A DNA stretch of 64,000 bases from an uncultured Gammaproteobacteria bacterium (GTDB taxonomy: Bacteria > Patescibacteriota > Microgenomatia > 2-02-FULL-39-11). Below the pieces are notes generated by a model. It saw only the letters and a list, made by a program, of their open reading frames with translations. It was not told where the DNA came from and did not search any database. Shown here in pieces: positions 47,429 to 55,623 of this stretch; positions within the stretch are counted from its first letter, which is position 1; the number at the start of each line of letters is the position of its first letter. The DNA lies in NCBI GenBank assembly GCA_964354025.1, contig CAYGXQ010000003.1, forward strand, positions 16,888 to 80,887, read 5' to 3'. Both the position numbers and the translations under genes were made by a program.

Positions 47429-47696
47429 CTCCCCCGGGAGGATTCGAACCTCCAACCTTCTTCTTACAAGTAACCTTTCGTTACCGAAAGACTTGGACTA
47501 TCTTATTCCCGATAATATCGGGATCGGGTATATAGTCTCTACACATTTATGATGCGCCGACTGGCGCGTCAATTTAGCTCGGGATAACCCCGATTCAATC
47601 GGGGGTCCCCCGAATTAGCCCGATTTTCCATCCCGATTTTCATCGGGACGCTGCCTTTTTCGACAGGAAGCCGCTCTACCATTGAGCTACAGGGGA
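47429..47696 (-). tRNA. tRNA-Asn(GUU), intron-containing; exons 47696-47663 and 47466-47429; CCA not encoded
   Basis: Spliced sequence TCCCCTG TA GCTC AATGGTA GAGC G GCTTC CT GT|T AA GAAGA AGGTT GGAGG TTCGAAT CCTCC CGGGGGA G folds as a cloverleaf. Confidence 0.92.
47467..47662 (-). ncRNA. Group I intron (196 nt, no ORF)
   Basis: P1 CUGU|C pairs with GGCAG giving a U-G wobble at the splice site; P AATTCGGGGGA, Q ATCCCGAGCTAA, R GTAGAGACTA, S AAGATAGTCCA; terminal G. Confidence 0.9.
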
Positions 47697-47931
47697 ACGT
47701 AAGATTCGCCTTTGGCGAATCAACGTTCCACAACGTTTATCCCGATTAATCGGGATATTACGTTGGGAATATTAACGTACGATTGGCATTTTATCATCAA
47801 ATAGAGCATAAATCCACCCCATTATCTGCCGTTGTACATCTGCCTAACTAAATCTGATGGCAAACACTCCATATGGATGAATATTTTTCGGTATTTCCTA
47901 TATGGAGAGTAAGAATAAACAGTATTGAAAC

Positions 47932-49284
47932 TTATATAGTAACTTGATTTTCTACCTTTGTTTGAAATAGTTTTGCAATAGACACAGTATTGGGTATAAA
48001 TATGAATTTTTTCCCTGAATGAATTTTATCCAATAATTGTTTTTTTACTAAAAACATTAAATCTGATCTAGCGGTTTCGTAAGATAATCTGTTAATTGTT
48101 TTATAAGTAGTTATGTCAATAGTTTTATCTCTATTTGCATTCAATTCCTGCAATAGAGATGCTTGTCTTTCATTATATTCACCTAACTGGCCAGCGATCT
48201 TTTGAATAATTTTTTCTTTTTCAAGCTTGGTTTCATAATGGGCTATAAATTCTTTGATTGATAATACAATCGCTTTTAAAGAATAAGATAAAAAATAGGT
48301 TAAATCGTTTTCGTCATGTTCTGCATACAAATATGAATTATCATATTGTATTTTTGATTTTTTGATTATTCTTGAAACAGAAAGATACTGAAACAACCAA
48401 TAATTTTTTCTAAGTAAATACCAGTAAAATAAAGCCCTTGCGGTTCTACCGTTTCCATCTACAAACGGATGAAGATAGGCTAACCAAAAATGTAGAATAC
48501 TCGCTTTAATTACTGGATGAATAAACTCCTCTTCTAACTCATCTGAATTGGCAAAAATTATAAACTTTTCCAATTCTTTCTCCATGATATTGCCGGTCGG
48601 AGGAGTATACACTATTTCTCCGGTTAGCCTGTTTACAATATTTATTCCATCAGAATCAATTCTTAACCTACCGGAGTCAGCGTCATTCTCTAAAGTTCCG
48701 GCAGTAATATTTTTTTGAATATCCAGTAAGATATTTAAATTTAGTTTTAAATCTTTCCAGTCCATCAGTCTCTGCATGACTTGATAATTGTTTATAATCA
48801 TCTGTTCATCTCTGTTTCGGGCTTTTCTTTGGCTTAAAAGCATCTCCTTTGCTATTTTTCTTGAGGTATTTGCACCCTCAATCTGACTTGACGCGATTGC
48901 TTCTTCTGTTAAACTGTTTATTATCATTTGACTTTTTTGGGTAGCAGTTGGTTTCTCAGTAGTAGAACTTAAAAATCCACTCGTGTTAGAATCTATTAAA
49001 CTAAGCTTCTGATACATTGATTTAGTAATTGTAAATCTAAAATTTTGATTATTGCTGCCTCTTACAGGTGTAATTTCTGCGTTAGACATTCTTGAGAACT
49101 TTAAATAAGCCCAAGCTTCTTCTGGAGAAAATCCTTCTGGTATCGGATAGTGTTTGAATTTTTCCCAATAAACATATTCCTTATCAGCTTGCTTCACTAG
49201 TTCTCTTAAGCCATCTGAATGAACGGCTTTTTTTATCAGATCTTCTGTAAAATACCTAACCCAATTTGGTGGTCTAGCAATCAT
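47932..49284 (-). CDS. Fic protein (class II) with C-terminal wHTH
   Basis: SSQIEG, HPFVDGNGRTAR and SYETARSDL. Confidence 0.92.
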   Translation of the reverse strand: MIARPPNWVRYFTEDLIKKAVHSDGLRELVKQADKEYVYWEKFKHYPIPEGFSPEEAWAYLKFSRMSNAEITPVRGSNNQNFRFTITKSMYQKLSLIDSNTSGFLSSTTEKPTATQKSQMIINSLTEEAIASSQIEGANTSRKIAKEMLLSQRKARNRDEQMIINNYQVMQRLMDWKDLKLNLNILLDIQKNITAGTLENDADSGRLRIDSDGINIVNRLTGEIVYTPPTGNIMEKELEKFIIFANSDELEEEFIHPVIKASILHFWLAYLHPFVDGNGRTARALFYWYLLRKNYWLFQYLSVSRIIKKSKIQYDNSYLYAEHDENDLTYFLSYSLKAIVLSIKEFIAHYETKLEKEKIIQKIAGQLGEYNERQASLLQELNANRDKTIDITTYKTINRLSYETARSDLMFLVKKQLLDKIHSGKKFIFIPNTVSIAKLFQTKVENQVTI

Positions 49285-49493
49285 ATTCCTCCTAACTACT
49301 AATTTGCTACTAATTTTTACTAAATTAGTAGTAAGAGTATAACATATAATTTGCCAATTTGCTACTAATTGATACTAGTCTAGTAGTTAATAGCTCTATT
49401 ATTACTGCTTTTGTTAATAATTTGACTATTCGTCAGTAAGGGGTTCGATCTTCTGATATAATGACTCTAAATCCTAACAAAGAAGGTGAGAAT

Positions 49494-50018
49494 ATGAAGA
49501 AATGTAAAAGTTGCAAGTCAGAAATTGATTCCAAAGCAACGAAATGCCCACACTGTCGGACAGATCAAAGAATCTGGTTTCGAAGACATCCGATCTTAAC
49601 TTTTTTAATTGTACTTTTTATTGCTCCTTTTATTTTGGCGGGTATGACTGGCTCGTCACCGCCATATAGTAATGGAGGATCAACTACTCCTGTACCGACA
49701 AAACAATCAACTTTTAATGCAGGTGTAAATTTCACCGGTACTCAATTTGTTATCAGCAATCTGGAAAAGTATGCCTGTGAGAATGCGAGGATGAAGGTAA
49801 ATGGAGATTATTCTTTAGACGGTTATAATCTTGAATCTGCTCTAGACTCAACTGTAAAAACAGGAACTGCCACTGTTTACAAAGTCGGAGCAGGGCAATT
49901 TACGAAAGGAGATGGTACAAGATTTAATCCTTTTGCTACCAAACCTCTGAATTTCAGTATTAGCTGTCGGGGCAATAATGAATTAAGTTCTGCTTTTGGA
50001 TACTGGGAGTTTAAGTAA
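49494..50018 (+). CDS. Zinc-ribbon + TM protein
   Basis: CKSC...CPHC followed by a TM; GAAGGTGA SD. Confidence 0.75.
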   Translation: MKKCKSCKSEIDSKATKCPHCRTDQRIWFRRHPILTFLIVLFIAPFILAGMTGSSPPYSNGGSTTPVPTKQSTFNAGVNFTGTQFVISNLEKYACENARMKVNGDYSLDGYNLESALDSTVKTGTATVYKVGAGQFTKGDGTRFNPFATKPLNFSISCRGNNELSSAFGYWEFK

Positions 50019-50187
50019 TGTTCCGGAGAGCTTATTATTATTTAAATTAAGATTTTAATTGAGGCTAAATTTTGAAAATATCTGGTGAATTACATAAAAT
50101 AGACATAAGACAAAACTTAACATCCTCTTGACAGATGTAAGGAATAGATTGTATAATCCTTACATCTAGTATAAAGATGTTAGGCTT

Positions 50188-51345
50188 ATGAAAATTGGTA
50201 AACTCGTCCAACAACCCAGTGGATATCAGGCATTTATCCCAAACAAGTTCCCTCCAGAGGAGCAGATTGCCCTGAGTTCTAAAACTCAGCAGCTTCACGC
50301 CAAGGCTGCCCTTATGCTGGGGAAGCTAGACGGTATTACCCAGTTATTGCCTGACCTCGATTTCTTCATTTTTATGTACATCCGTAAAGAAGCGGCCCGG
50401 TCAAGTGAGATTGAAGGTACCCAGGCAACTATTATTGATGTCATTAAAAGTGAGGCGCAAATTGAAAGTCGTTTTCCCCAAGATGTCGAGAGAATTGTCC
50501 ACTATATTCATGCGATGGAATATGGCTTAAAACGATTGGAAACTTTGCCGTTATCACTTCGGTTTATTCGGGAAATCCACAAGGTACTGATTAGCGGCAC
50601 TATTGACGCTCCTGGTAAAACACCGGGAGAGTTTAGGACTTCTCAAAACTGGATCGGCGGGGGTTCTCCTAATACTGCCAAATTTGTACCACCAACACAC
50701 GTAGAAATGAATCGATGTCTTGATGATTTTGAAAAGTTTCTGCACGCTACTGACGAATACCCACCACTTATTAAGGCGGCTTTGGCCCATGCCCAATTTG
50801 AGACAATCCACCCTTTCTTAGATGGTAATGGAAGAACAGGACGGCTCCTAACCACTTTTTATCTTTGTAAATTGGGGATTCTTGAGAGGCCAGTTCTTTA
50901 TCTTTCTGAATACTTTTTGAATAATCAAAAGACGTATTACGGATCATTGAATTCATATCATCAAGAAGAGGCTGACATCTCCGGATGGTTGGATTTCTTT
51001 TTAGATGGTGTGGCTATTATTGCTGCTGAAGCGATTGAAGCATCAAAAAAAATTAATGTCTTACGTCAAAAAGATACTATTAAAATTCAATCTTTGGGTC
51101 GAAGAATAAAAACAGGCATGATGGTATTAGAAAATCTCTATAAGCTGCCTATTATTAGTGTGCGAAAAGTTGAAGAATGGACAGAACTTTCTCGTCCTCA
51201 GGCCAACGACTTGGTTAAAAAGCTTGTAGAATTAGGAATTCTTGAACAAAGAGATAAAGATATTGAGTATGGTAGGGAATTTTGGTATAAAAAATATCTG
51301 GATTTGTTTGTAAGCAAAGAAGAAGTTAAAAAATCGAATGAATAA
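50188..51345 (+). CDS. Fic protein (class II, Fic_N) with C-terminal HTH
   Basis: SSEIEGT, PGEFRTSQNWIG and [12 protein letters not shown]. Confidence 0.93.
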   Translation: MKIGKLVQQPSGYQAFIPNKFPPEEQIALSSKTQQLHAKAALMLGKLDGITQLLPDLDFFIFMYIRKEAARSSEIEGTQATIIDVIKSEAQIESRFPQDVERIVHYIHAMEYGLKRLETLPLSLRFIREIHKVLISGTIDAPGKTPGEFRTSQNWIGGGSPNTAKFVPPTHVEMNRCLDDFEKFLHATDEYPPLIKAALAHAQFETIHPFLDGNGRTGRLLTTFYLCKLGILERPVLYLSEYFLNNQKTYYGSLNSYHQEEADISGWLDFFLDGVAIIAAEAIEASKKINVLRQKDTIKIQSLGRRIKTGMMVLENLYKLPIISVRKVEEWTELSRPQANDLVKKLVELGILEQRDKDIEYGREFWYKKYLDLFVSKEEVKKSNE

Positions 51346-52066
51346 ACCTGACTTTACCCTCGATAAAATAAAATTTGCATCTGATGGGCCAACATTTGAA
51401 AAAGCCGTAGCTTTGTATGAAAGCGGCAAAGTTATCCAAGTTGAAGAAGGTATCCGATCGTATACAGCCGTTGTTATGGGTACAAAACCATACCGCGTCT
51501 CGGTGGAAGCACAGAATTTTAGATATGCTTATTGTTCTTGTTATCTGGGTAAAAATGACACATATTGTAAACATATGTTGGCTTTGGCAATTTATGTGGT
51601 TCAAGACGGGAGGCCGTTAACCGATAATGATAAGAAACTGATACAAAATCCAGCTTGTAGTGGTAAATTGGGAACTTTATCAGGTAGCGAGCTATCAGCT
51701 ATAAAACATGCAATTTCTACTTCCCTACGTTACATCAAAGCTTATACTGGTCCGTCTCGTACTTGGTTTGCCTATCAAAACTCACTTTTCGAAGGTTGCA
51801 ATCGGCTATCTGCTATTATCTCCGATTTGCCAGTAAGTGTTCAAACAGCTGAGTTGTTGGTTGATATATTGTTGAGATTGGATAAGAAACTATGCACTGG
51901 CGGAGTTGATGACTCGGATGGTGAAGTGGGTGGATTCATTGAAGAAGCGGTGAGCGTGCTACAAGAATTTGTGAAATTGGATCCGAATTGTGTTAACGCT
52001 TTCGATAAGCTGAAAAAAAGAGAGATATGTTTTGGCTGGGAGGAATCTTTGTTGAAAACTTATTGA
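51338..52066 (+). CDS. SWIM zinc-finger protein
   Basis: VMGTKPYRV, CSC...CKH and DDSDGEVG. Confidence 0.8.
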   Translation: MNKPDFTLDKIKFASDGPTFEKAVALYESGKVIQVEEGIRSYTAVVMGTKPYRVSVEAQNFRYAYCSCYLGKNDTYCKHMLALAIYVVQDGRPLTDNDKKLIQNPACSGKLGTLSGSELSAIKHAISTSLRYIKAYTGPSRTWFAYQNSLFEGCNRLSAIISDLPVSVQTAELLVDILLRLDKKLCTGGVDDSDGEVGGFIEEAVSVLQEFVKLDPNCVNAFDKLKKREICFGWEESLLKTY

Positions 52067-52160
52067 TCAGTGTGCATTCCGGATATTCTAGGTAATTTAT
52101 CCAGATCTAACCAAATTTATCAAAACCGTGCCTGAAAGAGAACCGTCCCCTTACACTTAC

Positions 52161-52310
52161 ATTAGGTTGGTTTATCAAGAAGAATATTTAGATAAGAAAT
52201 CGGCGTAACAGAGAGAAAAACAGTTAAAAGGTTGGACAAGCGCAAAGAAGAAAGCACTTATTAAAAGAGATATTGGTCATTTGAGAGAACTAAGCAAAGC
52301 AGTTGAGCAG
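52161..52310 (+). pseudogene. GIY-YIG nuclease (UPF0213/YhbQ-like) C-terminal remnant with in-frame stop
   Basis: IRLVYQEEYLDKKSA*QREKQLKGWTSAKKKALI. Confidence 0.75.
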
Positions 52311-52315
52311 TTCGG

Positions 52316-52388
52316 CCCTGAGCTCGCTGCCGAAGGGTTTGGCGAAGCCCTCGCGAGGATGAGAAGTTTACAGTGAGCTTGTCGAACT
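52316..52388. repeat. Cluster of REP-like hairpins
   Basis: CCCTGAGC...CGAAGGG and AGTTTACAGTGAGCTTGTCGAACT. Confidence 0.65.
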
Positions 52389-52407
52389 GAATCCTCCCGG
52401 GGGAGCA
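52389..52407 (+). other. 19-nt copy of the tRNA-Asn 3' end (att-like), inverted relative to the tRNA
   Basis: GAATCCTCCCGGGGGAGCA equals the reverse complement of 47427-47445. Confidence 0.85.
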
Positions 52408-52631
52408 GGTAATCCCAGGGAAAATTAATTATCCCATTACCGAAGTCATACGGTTTGGAAGCGTTAGAGATCAAAAAAGTTTTGTTTACTCTTTCTTTTA
52501 AATCCCTTCTTGCTTTGTTCAAAAGGTATATAACCACACTGCAAAATCAATTTGTAAAGTTGAAATTGCAGGGTACCACATTTTATGATTAGAACTTCTC
52601 ATATCGAATATAATAGTATTATAATTGTTCT

Positions 52632-53963
52632 ATGAAACCTGCCGGGAAAACTTTATTTCTTCTGATTCTTCTTCTGGTTGTCCTGGATATCCTTCTTGGC
52701 GTTGCCTTTTTAATTATCACCAAACGCATTCCTGGAAAAACGCCGGTAGTCCAAACACCTGTCATTAAACCGGTTCAACTTTCAAGCATCAAAAAAACGC
52801 AATCCGTCACTCCTGACGGGGGCATCATCTCATTAACCGATGAAAAAGGAACGACAACAACCCTGACCATTCCCAAAGGTTCACTAACGAGCGCCACTGA
52901 CATTACTGTGACCGCGCTTAGTGAACCGCCGTTTGAATATGAGGGATCGTCGCCGCCACTTCCTGGCGTGCTCATTGAGCCTCTTAATATCCATTTTATC
53001 CAGCCGGCGCAATTGTCATTCCGTGTCGGTCAAAATTTAAACATTCCAATCCATATATCCCTTCCTCCCGTCGATACAAACGAATCATCGCCGGCAGGCC
53101 AATCCAATCCGGAAAGAGTGGAACAGCGGATCCCGGCTACTATCATTTACACCGACAGCGGAACATCCCGCACGGGGACAACGGTTTCATACATCCCTTC
53201 GTCCCGTTCTTCAGCAGATGATGGAGAAGTCATTACTCCGGTTTCTGAAGGGGGAACATATTCACCGGATGTGCAAGTAGACCATGATGAAGCGATGAAT
53301 CAACTCGAACGAATTCTCGCTGATCCAAACGTCACCCTTGAACAGGTTCTCGATGCGGCGGTGGCCGCCGGCATGTATGATTTTGAAGGATTGAGCAGTT
53401 GGGCCAAAGACAAACTCAAAAAGAAAGTGGAACTTGAAATTCTTGCTCTTGCCGGCGAGTGTTCAGCCAACACCCGGCCGTTGAGCAGATTTGAACTCCT
53501 GCAGTGGCGAAATATCGCCAAGCGGTTTAGTTGGAATACGGAAGAACATCAATTTGACAGTTTTTTGGAGCAATGCAAGAAATATTACAGTTATAAATTT
53601 GTCGTAGATCGATCCGGACCGAACTATACAATAATTAATACCTGGAGTCATAGTGTTTGCGGATATATTGACGACAGTTGGGAGGGAATTTTTAAGGGCG
53701 AATATGGAGGAGGAATTTGGGGAGGATGTCAGTCAGGTTCCCCATATTACTCGACTCTTGCACCTCGCGGTGGCAAGACATCGTTTGTGGAACCGGCGCT
53801 TGTCGGTCAGGGTGGTTGTGCTCCGGGCGCCCCGTGTTTTTCATGCAGTGATATCTCTTCGCAAAGTCGCGAGTTGATTTACGACGGAAGATTTACCGTT
53901 TCGATGTCAGATTACGATAGGCAACCAATGTCAACTATCACTATTGAAAGTGCCTGTCCGTAA
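52632..53963 (+). CDS. Membrane-anchored extracellular protein with ZU5-like N-domain and Cys-rich C-terminus
   Basis: TM, TPDGGIISL...LTIPKGSL, and PLNIHFIQPAQL. Confidence 0.7.
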   Translation: MKPAGKTLFLLILLLVVLDILLGVAFLIITKRIPGKTPVVQTPVIKPVQLSSIKKTQSVTPDGGIISLTDEKGTTTTLTIPKGSLTSATDITVTALSEPPFEYEGSSPPLPGVLIEPLNIHFIQPAQLSFRVGQNLNIPIHISLPPVDTNESSPAGQSNPERVEQRIPATIIYTDSGTSRTGTTVSYIPSSRSSADDGEVITPVSEGGTYSPDVQVDHDEAMNQLERILADPNVTLEQVLDAAVAAGMYDFEGLSSWAKDKLKKKVELEILALAGECSANTRPLSRFELLQWRNIAKRFSWNTEEHQFDSFLEQCKKYYSYKFVVDRSGPNYTIINTWSHSVCGYIDDSWEGIFKGEYGGGIWGGCQSGSPYYSTLAPRGGKTSFVEPALVGQGGCAPGAPCFSCSDISSQSRELIYDGRFTVSMSDYDRQPMSTITIESACP

Positions 53964-54009
53964 GTTCTATCGATTTTCGGTGGAAGGTAGGAACAAATCA
54001 ACCTCAATT

Positions 54010-54579
54010 ATGTCAAATTTGTTTGAGCGTGCCAGGAAATACAGGAAAAACACAAAGAAAATCTTAGACGAAATTATCTACCGTTGGTCTCCAAGAAGCA
54101 TGGATGCCAAACTTTTGCCCGATACCGTTCTTGAGCCGCTTTTTGAAGCAGCCGGATATGCCCCATCGGCATTTAACAATCAGCCCTGGAGATTCTACTT
54201 CGCCCAAAGAGGAAACAAAAGTTTTACCGATTTGTTGAATTTATTAACCACATTTAATCAGGAGTGGTGCAAAAACGCTTCCTTTCTTATTATTCTGGTT
54301 TCAAAAAAGACCTTTGATTACAACGGAAAGTTCGATCGAACCCATTCCTTTGACACCGGAGCCGCCTGGGAAGCTTTTGCCATTGAAGGAATCAGGAGAA
54401 ACCTAGTCGTTCACGGCATGAGCGGTTTTGACTACGACAAAGCCAAGGAATATCTTAAGCTGAATGATGACTTCCAAGTAGAATGTATGATTGCCGTTGG
54501 CCAACCGACAAAGGAAATAAATAATGAAGAAGTTTCTTTACGAAAAACTCTCAAAGAAATTGCCATTAAATTGAAATAA
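54010..54579 (+). CDS. Nitroreductase family
   Basis: RWSPRS, APSAFNNQPWRF, FDTGAAW and HGMSGFD. Confidence 0.92.
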   Translation: MSNLFERARKYRKNTKKILDEIIYRWSPRSMDAKLLPDTVLEPLFEAAGYAPSAFNNQPWRFYFAQRGNKSFTDLLNLLTTFNQEWCKNASFLIILVSKKTFDYNGKFDRTHSFDTGAAWEAFAIEGIRRNLVVHGMSGFDYDKAKEYLKLNDDFQVECMIAVGQPTKEINNEEVSLRKTLKEIAIKLK

Positions 54580-54580
54580 G

Positions 54581-55012
54581 ATGACAATTAAAAATCTCAA
54601 AGGAAAACTTTTTTTAGCCGGAGCGGTGGGAGTAAGCATTTTTCTCCTGTTTTTTGTCGTTACCTGCGCCTGGATCGGTTTCGGTGTCAAGAATCAGTGT
54701 CAGGAAGCAAAAAGAGAGTACGGGAGAGAGTTCGCCGGAGGCGAGATAAGTTGCGTGGAAGCTTTGATAAACATTCTCAACGATGAAAAGAAAAGTTATC
54801 GGCAAAAGAATTCGGCGATTTGGGCTTTGGGACAGCTGGGAGACAGCCGGGCCTTGCCGTTTCTGGAGAGTTACTACACCGGTCAAATTCCTCCTCGTGA
54901 GTCGCTGGATAAATCCATCAGCCAACACGAGCTGAAAAAAGCCATCAACTTAACCTCAGGCGGCTTTAATATGACCGCTATTTTCTGGCGAAACGGATTA
55001 TTAGATAAGTAG
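54581..55012 (+). CDS. TM + HEAT-repeat protein
   Basis: AIWALGQLGDSRALPFL. Confidence 0.75.
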   Translation: MTIKNLKGKLFLAGAVGVSIFLLFFVVTCAWIGFGVKNQCQEAKREYGREFAGGEISCVEALINILNDEKKSYRQKNSAIWALGQLGDSRALPFLESYYTGQIPPRESLDKSISQHELKKAINLTSGGFNMTAIFWRNGLLDK

Positions 55013-55036
55013 AATCGTATTCGATATAATATTCTC

Positions 55037-55444
55037 ATGGAGACGATGGAAGTTGAAACGAAAGGGCAGACCGATATTGTCGAGATCACCGCCGGAGTGC
55101 AGGAGATTGTCAATCGCGGTAAAGTGAGTAGCGGCCTTGTCCATCTTTTCGTTATCGGCTCGACCGCATCGCTCACCACCTCGGAAGACGACGAAAATCT
55201 CTATCAGGATCTCAAAGAACTGCTGGAAGAAATCATCCCTTACCGCAAAAACTGGAAGCATCACCAAACCTGGGGTGATGACAATGGCGCGGCGCATCTC
55301 CGAGCCTCTCTTATTGGTCCCAGCCTGTGTGTGTCGGTTAAAGAGGGGAAACTGGTGCTTGGCGCTTGGCAGAAAATCATTCTGATTGATTTTGACACCC
55401 ATCCCAGAACCCGGAAGATTGTCGTCTCTATCACAAAAGAGTAA
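55037..55444 (+). CDS. yjbQ: YjbQ/UPF0047 family
   Basis: VEIT, GSTASL, DDNGAAHLRASLIG and LGAWQ. Confidence 0.9.
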   Translation: METMEVETKGQTDIVEITAGVQEIVNRGKVSSGLVHLFVIGSTASLTTSEDDENLYQDLKELLEEIIPYRKNWKHHQTWGDDNGAAHLRASLIGPSLCVSVKEGKLVLGAWQKIILIDFDTHPRTRKIVVSITKE

Positions 55445-55500
55445 ACTACAAGCGGTTTACTACAAGCAATTAACATGCTTGTAGTGTGCACGCTTGTAGT
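55445..55500. repeat. Nested ACTACAAGC/GCTTGTAGT hairpin repeat
   Basis: Two nested stems; related to 12310-12350. Confidence 0.75.
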
Positions 55501-55623
55501 AAATCCAAGTTGAAATCCGCATGTGCAAACCCAATACACACCTGGTGTGTATGGTATGTACGCTCCTCTTAATGCTATCCTATAGTTTGAATTCGTGATT
55601 ATTTTGTTATACAATCCTCTCTT

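Larger units (their letters stand above)
42306..47435. mobile_element. Decayed island at the tRNA-Asn 3' end (no integrase left)
   Basis: TTGCT(T/C)CCCC at both ends, lower-GC cargo, terminator immediately outside the left end. Confidence 0.5.

Noticed and set aside
47640-47696. Reading the 5' exon as tRNA-Asp (CT GTC GA)
   Set aside because: The C after GT pairs within P1 as the first intron base. The U-G wobble and terminal G give GUU, and the U1-A72 acceptor fits Asn.
52206-52208. Stop-codon recoding
   Set aside because: TAA, TAG and TGA all terminate conserved genes normally (rpoD, uppP, dnaG). The GIY-YIG fragment also lacks its N-terminus, so it is decay.
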